DNA from: Gammaproteobacteria bacterium
GTDB taxonomy: Bacteria > Pseudomonadota > Gammaproteobacteria > UBA4575
Length of the DNA: 64,000 nucleotides
Reading direction: 5' to 3'
NCBI GenBank assembly: GCA_965243395.1
Contig: CBDEUS010000002.1
Span: 160,001-224,000 of the forward strand
The notes beneath the pieces are model-generated. The model ran no database searches. It saw only the letters and a list, made by a program, of their open reading frames with translations, and was not told the DNA's origin. Shown piece after piece: positions 49,099-60,152 of the stretch. How positions within the stretch are numbered: the first letter of the stretch is position 1; the number at the start of each line of letters is the position of its first letter. A program made the position numbers and the translations under genes.

Positions 49099-51300
49099 AT
49101 GAGTGGCGCTACCGTATTGGCAGTGGCTTTACCTGTACCGCTGTATCAGCAATTTGATTACTTAGCCACCGATGCTCAAGCCCCCAACCATTACCAGGTG
49201 GGCATGCGAGTACGCGTCCAATTTGGTCAACGGAAACTCATTGGAATCATTGTTGCTCACAAAAAAAATAGTACGCTCCCAAGATCCAAACTCAAACACA
49301 TACTTGAAGTACTGGATGAACAACCTGTATTTGACCAAACATTACTCGAATTATTGTTTTGGGCAGCAGATTATTATCAACAGCCCATAGGAGAAGTGAT
49401 TTTCACTGCACTCCCTTCGGTACTGCGCAAGGGCAAATACATAACACCCATTAGCAATACTTTATACCGCTTAACTACGCATCAGAATATTGATAAAAAA
49501 CTAAAGCGTGCGCCAAAACAACAGCAGATTGTTGAGTTATTAAGAGCCAACCCTCAAGGACTGAATGGTGAGGAAATTAAACAATCTGTATCTTCATCGC
49601 GCAGCGCAATAAAGGCACTTATCGATAAAGATTTAGTGCATAAAACGCAGCAAGAATATCAAAATGAAGATGATTTTCCCCCAGTTGAATCTTTACAACT
49701 TAATTCTGAACAACAAAACGCATATGACAAGCTGAAAAACCAACTAAACGATTTTCATTGTTGTCTACTTGATGGCGTAACAGGTAGCGGAAAAACTGAA
49801 GTGTATTTATCACTTGCCGAAGATATATTAAAAAACAAAAAACAAGTTTTATTCCTTGTACCCGAGATTGGATTGACTCCGCAATTAGTAGAACGCATAG
49901 AGCAACGTTTAGGCAAAAAAGTTCACGTTATGCACTCGGGTTTAAATGACTCACAACGCGCTCAATCTTGGCTATCTGCTAAAACAGCTCAAGCAAAAAT
50001 TATAGTAGGAACACGCTCAGCTGTATTTTTACCTTTTGCTGATCTTGGGTTAATCGTAATTGATGAAGAGCATGACTTATCATTTAAACAACACGAAGGC
50101 TTCCTTTACAACGCACGAGATATTGCTGTTTATCGTGCTAAACAACTCTCCATACCTGTTCTGTTAGGTAGCGCAACACCATCTTTCGAAACGCAATTTA
50201 ATGTTTTGCGAAAACGTTATCAAAAACTGGCCCTTACAAAAAGAGCAAAGCAATCAAGCATCCCTGATGTTAAGTTAATTGACATGCGCTCTAAAACATC
50301 TGAAGAGGGACTATCAAATGAACTGATTCAGGCCATAAAAAGTGAAGTTGATAATAATAACCAAGTATTACTATTTTTAAATCGACGTGGTTACGCGCCC
50401 ACTATACTTTGTCAAGATTGTGGATGGGTAGCAGAATGTTCACGTTGTGATGCGCGCATGACTTTCTATAAACAAACAAATATTCTTAAATGTCATCACT
50501 GCATGAAAGAAGAAGTTGTTCCTCATCAATGCCCTTCATGTAACTCTACTAATTTATTATGGCTTGGTGAAGGTACACAACGTATAGAAAATAAGTTACG
50601 CGAGATTTTTTCTGACATAGCTATTATAAGAATAGATCGAGACAGCACGCGCAAAAAAGATGCCTTAACCGATAAATTAGCTGAAATTCATCAAGGCAAA
50701 TATCAAATTATTATTGGGACGCAAATGCTTTCTAAAGGACATGATTTCCCAAATGTCACATTAGTTGGAATCTTAAACGTTGATCATGGTTTATTTAGTA
50801 CAGATTTCCGAGCCACTGAACGATTAGCACAACTTTTAGTTCAAGTGATAGGGAGGGCTGGGCGCAGCAATAAAAAAGGAAAAGTTTTACTACAAACCCA
50901 TTTACCTGAACACCCCTTACTCAATAGCTTGTTATCACAGGGCTATAACTCTTTTAGCCAAGAAGCGTTAAAAATTCGCCAAGAATGTTCTTTACCGCCT
51001 TATACTTCTATGCTGTTAATACGAGCACGTGCTACCAAACAGACGATGACAGAAAATTTTTTACAAAAAACAAAATCCATCATGACTGGTAAAGCAATCG
51101 ATGGCTTAACCATATACGGTCCTATACCTGCAATGATGGGACGCAAAGCCGGCATGTACCAGAGTCAATTGATTGTATTTGCTAACTATAGAAAGACTTT
51201 ACAAGAAAATTTGAAATATTGGACAGATAAAATCAGCATACAGCCACTAGCAAAACGTGTCAGGTGGGATATTGAAGTTGATCCATTGGAAATTAGCTAA
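49099..51300 (+). CDS. priA: Primosomal protein N'
   Basis: GVTGSGKT, DEEH, Cys-rich region, KGHDFP. Confidence 0.97.
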   Translation: MSGATVLAVALPVPLYQQFDYLATDAQAPNHYQVGMRVRVQFGQRKLIGIIVAHKKNSTLPRSKLKHILEVLDEQPVFDQTLLELLFWAADYYQQPIGEVIFTALPSVLRKGKYITPISNTLYRLTTHQNIDKKLKRAPKQQQIVELLRANPQGLNGEEIKQSVSSSRSAIKALIDKDLVHKTQQEYQNEDDFPPVESLQLNSEQQNAYDKLKNQLNDFHCCLLDGVTGSGKTEVYLSLAEDILKNKKQVLFLVPEIGLTPQLVERIEQRLGKKVHVMHSGLNDSQRAQSWLSAKTAQAKIIVGTRSAVFLPFADLGLIVIDEEHDLSFKQHEGFLYNARDIAVYRAKQLSIPVLLGSATPSFETQFNVLRKRYQKLALTKRAKQSSIPDVKLIDMRSKTSEEGLSNELIQAIKSEVDNNNQVLLFLNRRGYAPTILCQDCGWVAECSRCDARMTFYKQTNILKCHHCMKEEVVPHQCPSCNSTNLLWLGEGTQRIENKLREIFSDIAIIRIDRDSTRKKDALTDKLAEIHQGKYQIIIGTQMLSKGHDFPNVTLVGILNVDHGLFSTDFRATERLAQLLVQVIGRAGRSNKKGKVLLQTHLPEHPLLNSLLSQGYNSFSQEALKIRQECSLPPYTSMLLIRARATKQTMTENFLQKTKSIMTGKAIDGLTIYGPIPAMMGRKAGMYQSQLIVFANYRKTLQENLKYWTDKISIQPLAKRVRWDIEVDPLEIS

Positions 51301-51339
51301 ATTTGAGTACAATGCAACGCCTTTTTAAGCTAAAAATAT

Positions 51340-53103
51340 TTGATGCAAACAAAAATAGCTAAAGCGGTAAGTGCTGCAATCAGTAGTCTACAAGCTACAG
51401 AAAAACTGCCTCAAGACTTAAATATAAATATTCAAGTCTCGCGCAGCAAAGATAAAGCTCATGGTGACTTTGCTTGTAATATAGCTATGCAGCTAGCGAA
51501 GCAAGCCAAGATGCCACCCCGCCAGCTTGCAGAAATATTAGTGTCGAACCTTCCTGATGATGGAAATATTACGAAAGTAGATATTGCTGGCCCTGGTTTT
51601 TTAAATTTTTATGTAAATGAAAATCTACATGGTGAAATACTCGATAGTATTTTGCAGCAAAATGAAAATTTCGGTTTATCAAAAAAATATTTGAACAAAA
51701 AAGTACAAATAGAATTTGTTTCTGCAAATCCAACAGGCCCTTTACATGTTGGTCATGGTCGAGGAGCCGCTTATGGCGCTACGATAGCAAATCTTTTAGC
51801 TGCTGTCGGATACCAAGTACAGCGTGAATATTATGTGAATGATGCCGGACGTCAAATAGATATTTTAACCACCTCTGTTTGGCTGCGTTATTTAGAACTT
51901 TGTGATGAAAAATTTAACTTTCCTGTAAATGCTTATCAGGGTGATTACATTTGGGATATTGCGGCAACTTTACATCGCGAATATTCAGATAAATTTCTGC
52001 ATCACGCTCAACAATGGATGGTTGATTTACCTGCTGATGAACCACAAGGAGGTGATAAAGAGGTATATATAGATTCAATTATCACTAAAGCAAAGTCATT
52101 ACTTGGTGAAGATAACTATGAGATTTTTGTGAAATGCGCCTTAGAGGCCATTACCAATGACATTAAAGATGACTTAGCACTTTTTGGAGTAGAGTATGAC
52201 AATTGGTATTCAGAAAAATCTCTGGTTACAAATCATAAAGTTCAAGAAGCGCTAAACACGCTGGAAAATAATGGCCATACCTATGAAAAAGACGGTGCGA
52301 CTTGGTTTAGAAGCATACAGTTTGGTGATGAAAAAGACCGAGTCTTAGTTCGTGAAAATGGCACTCATACGTACTTCGCATCAGATATTGCCTATCATTT
52401 AGATAAATATAACCGTGGATTCGATCGCTTGATCAATATTTGGGGAGCTGACCACCACGGATACATAACAAGGATTAAAGCAGCAGTTGAGGCGCTTGGT
52501 AAAGATGCAAAATCATTAGACATACCGCTTGTGCAATTTGCAAATTTATATAAAGGTGGCAAAAAACTTGCAATGTCTACTCGCTCGGGTGAGTTTGTAA
52601 CATTACGCGAACTGCGTAAACAAGTTGGCAAGGATGCCGCACGATTTTTCTATGTTATGCGCAAGCATGAGCAGCATTTAGACTTTGATCTAGATCTTGC
52701 GACTTCACAGTCCAAAGACAATCCTGTGTATTATGTTCAGTATGCCCATGCGAGAATATGCAGTATTTTTCAACAGGCTAATGTAGAACTGCAAGACCCC
52801 TCTGTTTTAAGTGCTGATAATTCACAATTATCTAATCAACACGAAATAAATCTATTAAGACTACTAGCTCAATTTCCGGAGCACGTTTTATCCTCGGCAG
52901 AAAAACTTTCGCCTCACATTGTGGTTAATTATTTGCGTGACCTGGCGAATGCGTTTCATAGTTTTTATAATGAAAAAGAAAATCAAGTATTAAGTGATAA
53001 TCTTGCAATCCGCGACGCAAGGTTGAAACTTATTAATGCTACAAAAATAGTACTTAACAATGGGTTAAGTCTACTTGATGTAAGTGCTCCAGAGAAAATG
53101 TAA
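51340..53103 (+). CDS. argS: Arginine--tRNA ligase
   Basis: SANPTGPLHVGH, MSTRSG, YVQYAHARI, APEKM. Confidence 0.97.
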   Translation: MMQTKIAKAVSAAISSLQATEKLPQDLNINIQVSRSKDKAHGDFACNIAMQLAKQAKMPPRQLAEILVSNLPDDGNITKVDIAGPGFLNFYVNENLHGEILDSILQQNENFGLSKKYLNKKVQIEFVSANPTGPLHVGHGRGAAYGATIANLLAAVGYQVQREYYVNDAGRQIDILTTSVWLRYLELCDEKFNFPVNAYQGDYIWDIAATLHREYSDKFLHHAQQWMVDLPADEPQGGDKEVYIDSIITKAKSLLGEDNYEIFVKCALEAITNDIKDDLALFGVEYDNWYSEKSLVTNHKVQEALNTLENNGHTYEKDGATWFRSIQFGDEKDRVLVRENGTHTYFASDIAYHLDKYNRGFDRLINIWGADHHGYITRIKAAVEALGKDAKSLDIPLVQFANLYKGGKKLAMSTRSGEFVTLRELRKQVGKDAARFFYVMRKHEQHLDFDLDLATSQSKDNPVYYVQYAHARICSIFQQANVELQDPSVLSADNSQLSNQHEINLLRLLAQFPEHVLSSAEKLSPHIVVNYLRDLANAFHSFYNEKENQVLSDNLAIRDARLKLINATKIVLNNGLSLLDVSAPEKM

Positions 53104-53127
53104 ATAATTTCGACAGGTTTAAATTTA

Positions 53128-53661
53128 ATGGCACGAAGAAAAAAACGTTCAACTGCAAAATCATCTAGCATTATCCCAGCTTGGATTTGGCTGACACTTG
53201 GAATTTTAATTGGTCTTGGGATCGCAATGTTCACACGATCTAATGGGCGCTATGTTAATGATTCTCAAATAGTAAGTCCTTCCCAATCCCCTATTACCAC
53301 TGAACCGACTACAAAACGAAAATTCGATTTCTACACATTACTTCCTGAACTGGAAATTGTTATCCCTCATGAAGAAACATTACCTCCAAAACAAAATTCT
53401 AATACCACGACTCAAACCGAATACAAAGGCGGATACTTACTTCAAGCCGGTTCATTCCAGCAATTTAATGAAGCAGACAGTTTAAAAGCGCGTTTGGCCT
53501 TAATCGGTGTGGAAGCCAATATTCAATCTGTTGAGGTGAATAAAAAAAAGTGGCACCGCGTGCAAATTGGCCCGTCAAATGATCGCAGCGCCTTGGAAAC
53601 CTTGCGCAAGCGCTTAAAAGCAAGTCAAATTGATACCATCTTGTTACAGGCCAAAAATTAA
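53128..53661 (+). CDS. SPOR-domain protein (FtsN-like)
   Basis: TM, FDFYTLLP, LQAGSF...WHRVQIGP; follows argS. Confidence 0.85.
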   Translation: MARRKKRSTAKSSSIIPAWIWLTLGILIGLGIAMFTRSNGRYVNDSQIVSPSQSPITTEPTTKRKFDFYTLLPELEIVIPHEETLPPKQNSNTTTQTEYKGGYLLQAGSFQQFNEADSLKARLALIGVEANIQSVEVNKKKWHRVQIGPSNDRSALETLRKRLKASQIDTILLQAKN

Positions 53662-53664
53662 ATT

Positions 53665-54159
53665 TTATTGGTTTTTTTGGTGCTCTAAAATTTGAAACGC
53701 AATTTCCGTTTCCTCTTTATTAGGTAAATGCGGACCCTCTACACCTAATATTTCAAAACTGTTGTAATTTTCTGTTTTAACGACTACACGCCCAAAAAGC
53801 TCGTTTGCTGCCAAACGCAATTCACTAATTTGGTTATATTTAGAGCTAAATACGGGTGTATATTGCTTTGCGCTCCATTCTGAAAAATAAACGCCTTGGT
53901 CTGTACAAACAATTACGCCTTTCCTTGATTTTTTTCCAGCTGGTAAGAATTTAAAACCATTTTTGTTCGGATACCATATCGCCCTACTATAAAAAATTAC
54001 TTCTTGTTTATTATTAGTAATACTATCTAGAAAAACATTTTGAAAATTTTTATCTTGTACAGGTCCATAGGTCAAGTTTTTAGTATTTGCACAGGAACAT
54101 AAAAATAGAACCAGCGCTAAAATGAATAACTTTTTATAAATAAGTTTATTATTTGTCAT
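53665..54159 (-). CDS. Hypothetical lipoprotein
   Basis: Lipobox LCSC. Confidence 0.6.
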   Translation of the reverse strand: MTNNKLIYKKLFILALVLFLCSCANTKNLTYGPVQDKNFQNVFLDSITNNKQEVIFYSRAIWYPNKNGFKFLPAGKKSRKGVIVCTDQGVYFSEWSAKQYTPVFSSKYNQISELRLAANELFGRVVVKTENYNSFEILGVEGPHLPNKEETEIAFQILEHQKNQ

Positions 54160-54173
54160 TTTTCAATATTTTC

Positions 54174-55985
54174 TTAAGCAAGAGACTCATACATAGCTTC
54201 AATATCAGCTGCATAAGTCTTGAGTAGTTGTGGACGTTTAGTTTTAAGCGTAGGAGTAAGTAGTCCGTTTTCTATACTCCAGGGCTCTAAGTATAAACTG
54301 ACTCTGCGCACTTGTGCATATCCCGGAAATTCATTTAAGCATTTTGAAATACGCTTGATTACATACTTTTGCACAGATGATTCTTTCAAACTTTCAGGAT
54401 TTTTTCGGTCAAGATTAAATTTCTCCGCTAAAGCCTTCCACTCCTCTTCGCTTAAAACAATCAATGCGGATAAAAAAGGCCTCGCTTCGCCGACAATCAT
54501 GGCTTGATCAAATAACGGATCAGCGCAAATTGCAGTTTCCATATCTTGTGGAGGTACCTTTTCTGCGCTGGCAAGCACAATAATGTCTTTGATTCGCCCG
54601 GTGATATACAAATATCCCTCGTCACTGACGGATGCCAGATCCCCAGTATGAAGCCAGCCTTCTTTATCGATTACTTCATCAGTCGCCTGTTGGTTATTAA
54701 AGTACCCAAGCATCACACAATCACTTTTAGTGCATAACTCACCTTCTTCAGTAATTTTGACTTCGATACCGGGAAGCGGTTTACCAATACTAAATGGGTC
54801 GTTATCTTCTTGTCGACCAACACTGATAGTTGGGCTGCTCTCGGTCATTCCATAGCCCTGGTACACTGGGATACCTAAACTGATAAAAAATTGTGCAATC
54901 GATTTATTTAACGCTGCTCCACCTGCAATGGCATATCTTAATCGCCCGCCCAAACGTTCTTTAATTTTCTTTGCCACTAAAAAATTGAACACAGGCCAAA
55001 ACAATAAACTCCAATGCCAGCCTTTGGCTTTAGTTTGGTATTGAAAATTCCTCCAACCAATTTTTAGTGCTAAAGAAAATATTTTTTTCTTTATAGGAGA
55101 TTCTTTTTCTAGTGAAGCCTGCACTTTCGCATAAATCATTTCATAAATTCTAGGTACAGATATAAAAGTGGTAGGTCGTACGATTTTAATATCGTCTGCA
55201 AGTGTTTGTATAGAACGTGCAAAACACACTTTCGAGCCTGCCATCATGGGTAAATAGCAACCTCCGGTACGCTCTAATGTATGCGATAAAGGTAAAAAAG
55301 ATAAAAATACGTCATGTGGGAAAAAATCACCGCATTGCAAAGCGGCATAAGCATTAGAAAGAATATTTTTATGACTCAACATTACACCTTTAGGTTTTCC
55401 AGTAGTGCCTGATGTATAAACAATAGTTGCTAAATCAGTAGCATCAATATTTTCTAGGGTAATTTTTGTAGAATCTTCAGCAGATATTGACCATTCAGAT
55501 AAATGAATTAACTGGGGATCGTCTTTTTCATCCGTTTCATTTTGATCCACATGTATCACCCGTTGAATCGAATTAAAAATAGATTGTGTTTTTACCAACT
55601 CTCGCCATTGGCGTTGATTTTGCAACAATAAAATTTTTACGCCTGCATCTTGGACAACATAAGCGACATTTTCAGCTCGGTCATTTGTATATAAAGGTAC
55701 CGTAACCAGGCCATATGCCATGGCAGCTATATCAAACATGATCCATTCCGGGCAATTCCTTAGCATGATGGCAACACGATCACCCTTATTCAGTGATTCT
55801 TTTTTTAAAGCTGTTTGAATTTCAGCAACTTTATTGGCTACTTCTTGCCAAGTTAAATCACTCCAGCCCTGTGCTTCATCAAAGTACCCATATGCATGTA
55901 AAGTACTTGAACGTGCCAAACGTTGTTGCAATAAACCTGGTAACGTCTTTGCAAGCTCTGGGGGGATATAGTCTGTTTCTGACAT
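54174..55985 (-). CDS. Long-chain fatty acid--CoA ligase
   Basis: YTSGTTGKPKG, GYGMTE, WLHTGD, LLTPTLK. Confidence 0.9.
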   Translation of the reverse strand: MSETDYIPPELAKTLPGLLQQRLARSSTLHAYGYFDEAQGWSDLTWQEVANKVAEIQTALKKESLNKGDRVAIMLRNCPEWIMFDIAAMAYGLVTVPLYTNDRAENVAYVVQDAGVKILLLQNQRQWRELVKTQSIFNSIQRVIHVDQNETDEKDDPQLIHLSEWSISAEDSTKITLENIDATDLATIVYTSGTTGKPKGVMLSHKNILSNAYAALQCGDFFPHDVFLSFLPLSHTLERTGGCYLPMMAGSKVCFARSIQTLADDIKIVRPTTFISVPRIYEMIYAKVQASLEKESPIKKKIFSLALKIGWRNFQYQTKAKGWHWSLLFWPVFNFLVAKKIKERLGGRLRYAIAGGAALNKSIAQFFISLGIPVYQGYGMTESSPTISVGRQEDNDPFSIGKPLPGIEVKITEEGELCTKSDCVMLGYFNNQQATDEVIDKEGWLHTGDLASVSDEGYLYITGRIKDIIVLASAEKVPPQDMETAICADPLFDQAMIVGEARPFLSALIVLSEEEWKALAEKFNLDRKNPESLKESSVQKYVIKRISKCLNEFPGYAQVRRVSLYLEPWSIENGLLTPTLKTKRPQLLKTYAADIEAMYESLA

Positions 55986-56137
55986 ATTGGTAGTCTTCGT
56001 TACATATAAGTACTAATTTGAACTAAATACACAACAATTTCTATTATTACTGGATAAATACCCTTATGGTTATAGGTTGAATTTAAGTCTTATCGCCCTT
56101 ATATACTAAATAATACCGATAGCCGTGGTTTTGCAAC

Positions 56138-57211
56138 ATGCCTGAAAATTCCCCAGAACAATCAACTGAGTTCGCTGTGCCATTAAAAGGCATTCCGGAA
56201 ACAGCTGTGATTCAGTCTAATTTGCCTGTTTACTCAGCTAAAGAACGTGAGGAGAAAATTGCCAATATTAAGCGTTTGCTAAAACGTGAAAATGCAGTTT
56301 TGGTTGCACACTATTATACAAACGAAGATTTACAAATGATCGCAGAGGAGACAGGTGGCTTTGTATCAGACTCGTTGGAAATGGCACGATTTGGTAACCG
56401 ACATCCTGCAACTACTTTAATAGTTGCTGGTGTTCGATTTATGGGTGAAACCGCAAAAATTTTAAATCCTGAAAAACGCGTGTTAATGCCAACTTTAGAA
56501 GCAACCTGTTCACTTGATTTAGGTTGCCCTGCAAAAGAGTTTGGAGAATTCTGTGATCAATATCCCGATCACGAAGTTGTTGTATATGCCAACACAAGTG
56601 CTGAAGTAAAAGCGCGTGCCGATTGGGTTGTAACTTCCAGTATTGCATTGAAAGTTGTTTCACATCTAATGGATCAAGATAAAAAAGTTTTGTGGGCACC
56701 TGACAAACATCTTGGCCACTATATTGAAAAAGTAACCGGTGCCGATATGGTACTGTGGCAAGGTGCTTGTATCGTGCATGAAGAATTTAAAGCGCGCGGT
56801 CTAGGTGAACTTATTGAAAAACATCCTGATGCAGGAATACTTGTGCATCCTGAATCTCCCGCTGCAGTTATTGATGTTGCGGATGTCGTGGGGTCGACAA
56901 CTGCATTGATCAAGGCGGCTAAGGAACTCCCGCATAAAAAATTTATTGTTGCTACGGATAATCGAATTTTTTATAAAATGAAACAAGCAGCACCCGGGAA
57001 AACTTTTATTGAAGCACCTACAGCCGGTGAAGGCGCTACTTGTAAAAGTTGTGCGCATTGTCCATGGATGGCCATGAACGGCTTACATAACCTTGAAACT
57101 GTGCTGGAATCAGGTATGAAAAGTGGTGAAAATGAGATATTTGTTGATGAAGATATCCGCCAAAAAGCCTATCGTTCTACAAGTAGAATGCTTGAATTTG
57201 TGGCTCATTAG
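56138..57211 (+). CDS. nadA: Quinolinate synthase
   Basis: [29 protein letters not shown]. Confidence 0.96.
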   Translation: MPENSPEQSTEFAVPLKGIPETAVIQSNLPVYSAKEREEKIANIKRLLKRENAVLVAHYYTNEDLQMIAEETGGFVSDSLEMARFGNRHPATTLIVAGVRFMGETAKILNPEKRVLMPTLEATCSLDLGCPAKEFGEFCDQYPDHEVVVYANTSAEVKARADWVVTSSIALKVVSHLMDQDKKVLWAPDKHLGHYIEKVTGADMVLWQGACIVHEEFKARGLGELIEKHPDAGILVHPESPAAVIDVADVVGSTTALIKAAKELPHKKFIVATDNRIFYKMKQAAPGKTFIEAPTAGEGATCKSCAHCPWMAMNGLHNLETVLESGMKSGENEIFVDEDIRQKAYRSTSRMLEFVAH

Positions 57212-57370
57212 TAAGCCAAAAAATACCCTCCGTACCTTATAGCCACCTAATAATCGTGTTCGTCGCCCTTTATAGCCTTTTGTGCACTAGACCCTAAACA
57301 TTTAGCTGAAATTCACGCAATATCAGTCACTAATCGCTAGCGAGGGTCTTTTAGACCCAACTTATTATTA

Positions 57371-58567
57371 ATGACTGCTCAAGCATCAACAGACATTCAA
57401 AACCCGCTATCACTTCAGCAATTTATCAAGTTGCTGCAGAAGCTGCCGCCTGCGCGCATTGCAGAGCTACCAATAGAAAAATTACCGAATAATATTCCTG
57501 CAGATATCAGTGAAAAGATCCCAATGGCATCTAGAAGTGCAGTTGACGATCTGATCATGACGGCAAATTCATTTCACCTTAAACGACGCATGCGCGATCA
57601 AGAAGCGTATGGTCAACAGGTAGTCGCCGCTTTGGACAAAGCAAAAACCGCTTCGGGCTCTGCAAATTTACGAGTTTTTAAAAATAAGATCCTCTTATTG
57701 GTTGAAATTCTACAATCTGCTCAGAAGGGAACAAAAAAGATAGGCAATGATACTTTTGTTAAACATATAACATCGATAAACAATTTATTAATTGATGTGC
57801 GAAGCGAAACTATCCACTTACATGAGAATTTGGAAGTACTGAAAAAAACTAAACCTGTTAACGATGATGATAAAAAAAGGTTTGAAGCATCAATTCATAC
57901 TTTAAACAAAGAAACTATATCAGTTGGTAAGATTTTAGCTGAGTATTACATTTTACGATTGAAAGTTCTGGCACGTGCCATTCATCAAAAACGTAAACTG
58001 ATCGAAACGCGCGAGGAAACCATACAACTTAAACAGCAAGAACTTGAACAATTGCAAGCTGATCTTCGTGAAGCGCAGACATTATGGAAGCGCACCATGA
58101 AGCGTAAAAAGACTATTGATGAAACCAAAGAAGTACAACAACGTATTTACGATTTAGTCAATGAAATAAAAGCCAGCGAAGTCGTTATAGCAGAAAGTGA
58201 TTTAATACTATGGTTGGATGCTATAGTAGAAGCCAGTCTTAATGAGCATTCAAAACAGCGTGTAACCAAATCTCTACGCCAAGCAAGAATTTCTTTATTT
58301 TATTTATTAAATAAATTCTGCGCTTCACAGGAAGCATCAGCTATTCAAATTGCTAAAAACCCTTTTATACAAGTAGATCCAGAAAAAGCCATCAAGTTTG
58401 TGTTGATGTCTGAGCAATTTATACTTAATTATTTTACCAAGAAGAAAAATACTGCTACAGCATGGTTAAGTGGTGCGGCAGAAAACAAAATCGCAGAACT
58501 CGATCAATTACAAAAAGATATTCTTACTGAGCTAAGACGCGCAAGTAAGAGCATGTTCAAGCTTTAA
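57371..58567 (+). CDS. Hypothetical all-helical/coiled-coil protein
   Basis: 398-aa ORF with a long K/E/Q-rich heptad region; no family recognised. Confidence 0.65.
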   Translation: MTAQASTDIQNPLSLQQFIKLLQKLPPARIAELPIEKLPNNIPADISEKIPMASRSAVDDLIMTANSFHLKRRMRDQEAYGQQVVAALDKAKTASGSANLRVFKNKILLLVEILQSAQKGTKKIGNDTFVKHITSINNLLIDVRSETIHLHENLEVLKKTKPVNDDDKKRFEASIHTLNKETISVGKILAEYYILRLKVLARAIHQKRKLIETREETIQLKQQELEQLQADLREAQTLWKRTMKRKKTIDETKEVQQRIYDLVNEIKASEVVIAESDLILWLDAIVEASLNEHSKQRVTKSLRQARISLFYLLNKFCASQEASAIQIAKNPFIQVDPEKAIKFVLMSEQFILNYFTKKKNTATAWLSGAAENKIAELDQLQKDILTELRRASKSMFKL

Positions 58568-58601
58568 CAAATCATCTCGCAACTTTCTGTTTGAAAATTA
58601 T

Positions 58602-58680
58602 TACGTCCGCTTTGGGTCGACAGAAATTTGCTCCTACAATTTCTGCACTTCCACCATCCATGGTGGTCGTAGCGTACACA
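58602..58680 (+). repeat. Cassette-type palindromic site H interrupted by a ~50-bp double-hairpin element
   Basis: TACGTCCGCTTTGGGTCG | ACAGAAATTTGCTCCTACAATTTCTGCACTTCCACCATCCATGGTGGTCG | TAGCGTACACA. Confidence 0.6.
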
Positions 58681-58741
58681 AATTAGTAATCTGTATTGAC
58701 ACGTTCTTAAATTGTCTTAGGAATTCTTCATCAAATTCAGA

Positions 58742-59290
58742 TTAGATTTTTCCGTCCAATCCCATTTGATAATACTTGTGAGTAATCTCTTCTTGGTTTT
58801 CTAATAACCATTCAATATCAGGTTCATTATTCATTGCCTTATGAATTGCACTGGCCATGGCTTTACGATGGATATCAAATAAAATTTTATGATCCAGATC
58901 TTCTGCTTTTGACACCATAGGGTTCAACCAAACCGAAACAATGATGCCAATATCATTTACTTTATCTTTCGGAATGTCACCATTGCGTACTGCATCCAGA
59001 ACGCCATTTGCAATTGCACCTTGTACGGTACCCATTAAAATGTTGGTATAGCGGTCATCCTTTACGGTTACTTTGCTGACCATTAAAGTTGATGGTCTGA
59101 CTTGAATATCGGTGTTCATTATTGCAAGTACACGAGAATGTCCTTTTACTTGATCTCCAAGCAAGGTTGCAAATGCGGTGCCCACAGGCCCATCTAATTC
59201 ACCAATAACCACTTCTGGTTCAGCTGCGGTTCCAGGTGGACCACCTGCAACCAATGACTCACCTACACGCATTACTATTCTTTCAGACAT
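58742..59290 (-). CDS. fae: Formaldehyde-activating enzyme (Fae) homolog, divergent
   Basis: VGESLV...G..DGPVGTAFA...GHSR...VRPSTLMVSKVTVK...G.VQ.AIA.GV.DAV..G.IPKD. Confidence 0.8.
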   Translation of the reverse strand: MSERIVMRVGESLVAGGPPGTAAEPEVVIGELDGPVGTAFATLLGDQVKGHSRVLAIMNTDIQVRPSTLMVSKVTVKDDRYTNILMGTVQGAIANGVLDAVRNGDIPKDKVNDIGIIVSVWLNPMVSKAEDLDHKILFDIHRKAMASAIHKAMNNEPDIEWLLENQEEITHKYYQMGLDGKI

Positions 59291-59484
59291 TCTATTTCTC
59301 CTGTTAAATGTATATATAGGACCAAATGATGCGAGGTCAGTTGGTCTTTTCTGAATGTTCGCTATGTATCGATAGCAGACATTTTTAAGATTTGATTTGA
59401 ATAACCCAACATATTTATTATTTTAGTTTACCTATCCTTATTCTGATACAACATCCATGTTGTTACTCTTTTTCGTGAATCCAT

Positions 59485-59889
59485 TCACTCTCCTAAATTT
59501 AAAGTTTCTATTTGATTGTTAGATTCAGATTGTTGAGATTGATCTGTTTTTGATTCTGACTCGTATGCTTGTTCTTGCTCCAGCCGTGCAGATTCTTCTT
59601 CTAGTTTTTTTTGATTTTCCCGCGATATATATAACAATGATATCGTCGAGATCATCGCAATGGTTAAAGCGACTAAAAATGCAATCATCCATGCAGTGGA
59701 ACTAAGCCTATGAACAAACCAATAAAATAACCAGCTGAAGAAAATAAAAACAAGTGCTGCAAACCAGTAGGTAGCAACGATTATTGAGTTGAAACTTGAG
59801 TTATTTCCAACTAATTGCATGTATAACCACCAACCAATAGCAAGCAATAATAAAGTAAGAATGATATGAAGGATAAACCGAGGTGGCAT
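59485..59889 (-). CDS. Hypothetical membrane protein
   Basis: Three TM helices and an acidic tail. Confidence 0.6.
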   Translation of the reverse strand: MPPRFILHIILTLLLLAIGWWLYMQLVGNNSSFNSIIVATYWFAALVFIFFSWLFYWFVHRLSSTAWMIAFLVALTIAMISTISLLYISRENQKKLEEESARLEQEQAYESESKTDQSQQSESNNQIETLNLGE

Positions 59890-59906
59890 AATATTTATTA
59901 ATTTTG

Positions 59907-60152
59907 TTATATAAGCAGATTATTTTTAGGAGGCATTTGTAAATAATATCCTTGTTCTTTAATACTTTGCATTACTTGTGTTGCGTCTGCCAAAGCAAGC
60001 TTGCGATCTTCTGTAAGATCAAATTCTAGTGTGAACTGTGGGGTTCCAAATAACAATAATAATTTCTCTGGAATATTAGAGAAATTATCTTTTTGATCAA
60101 GAAATATATAGCTATCCGCTTTTTTTACACTTTTATAAACATAGCATTTCAT
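59907..60152 (-). CDS. ycgL: YcgL domain protein
   Basis: MKCYVYKS, FGTPQF, RKLALAD, QGYYLQMPP. Confidence 0.9.
   Translation of the reverse strand: MKCYVYKSVKKADSYIFLDQKDNFSNIPEKLLLLFGTPQFTLEFDLTEDRKLALADATQVMQSIKEQGYYLQMPPKNNLLI

Noticed and set aside
5167-59290. A unified formaldehyde-detox system (2 GFA + HxlR + Fae)
   Set aside because: The genes are unlinked, most GFA/CENP-V proteins are not formaldehyde enzymes, and no frmA/frmB or hps/phi is present in the window
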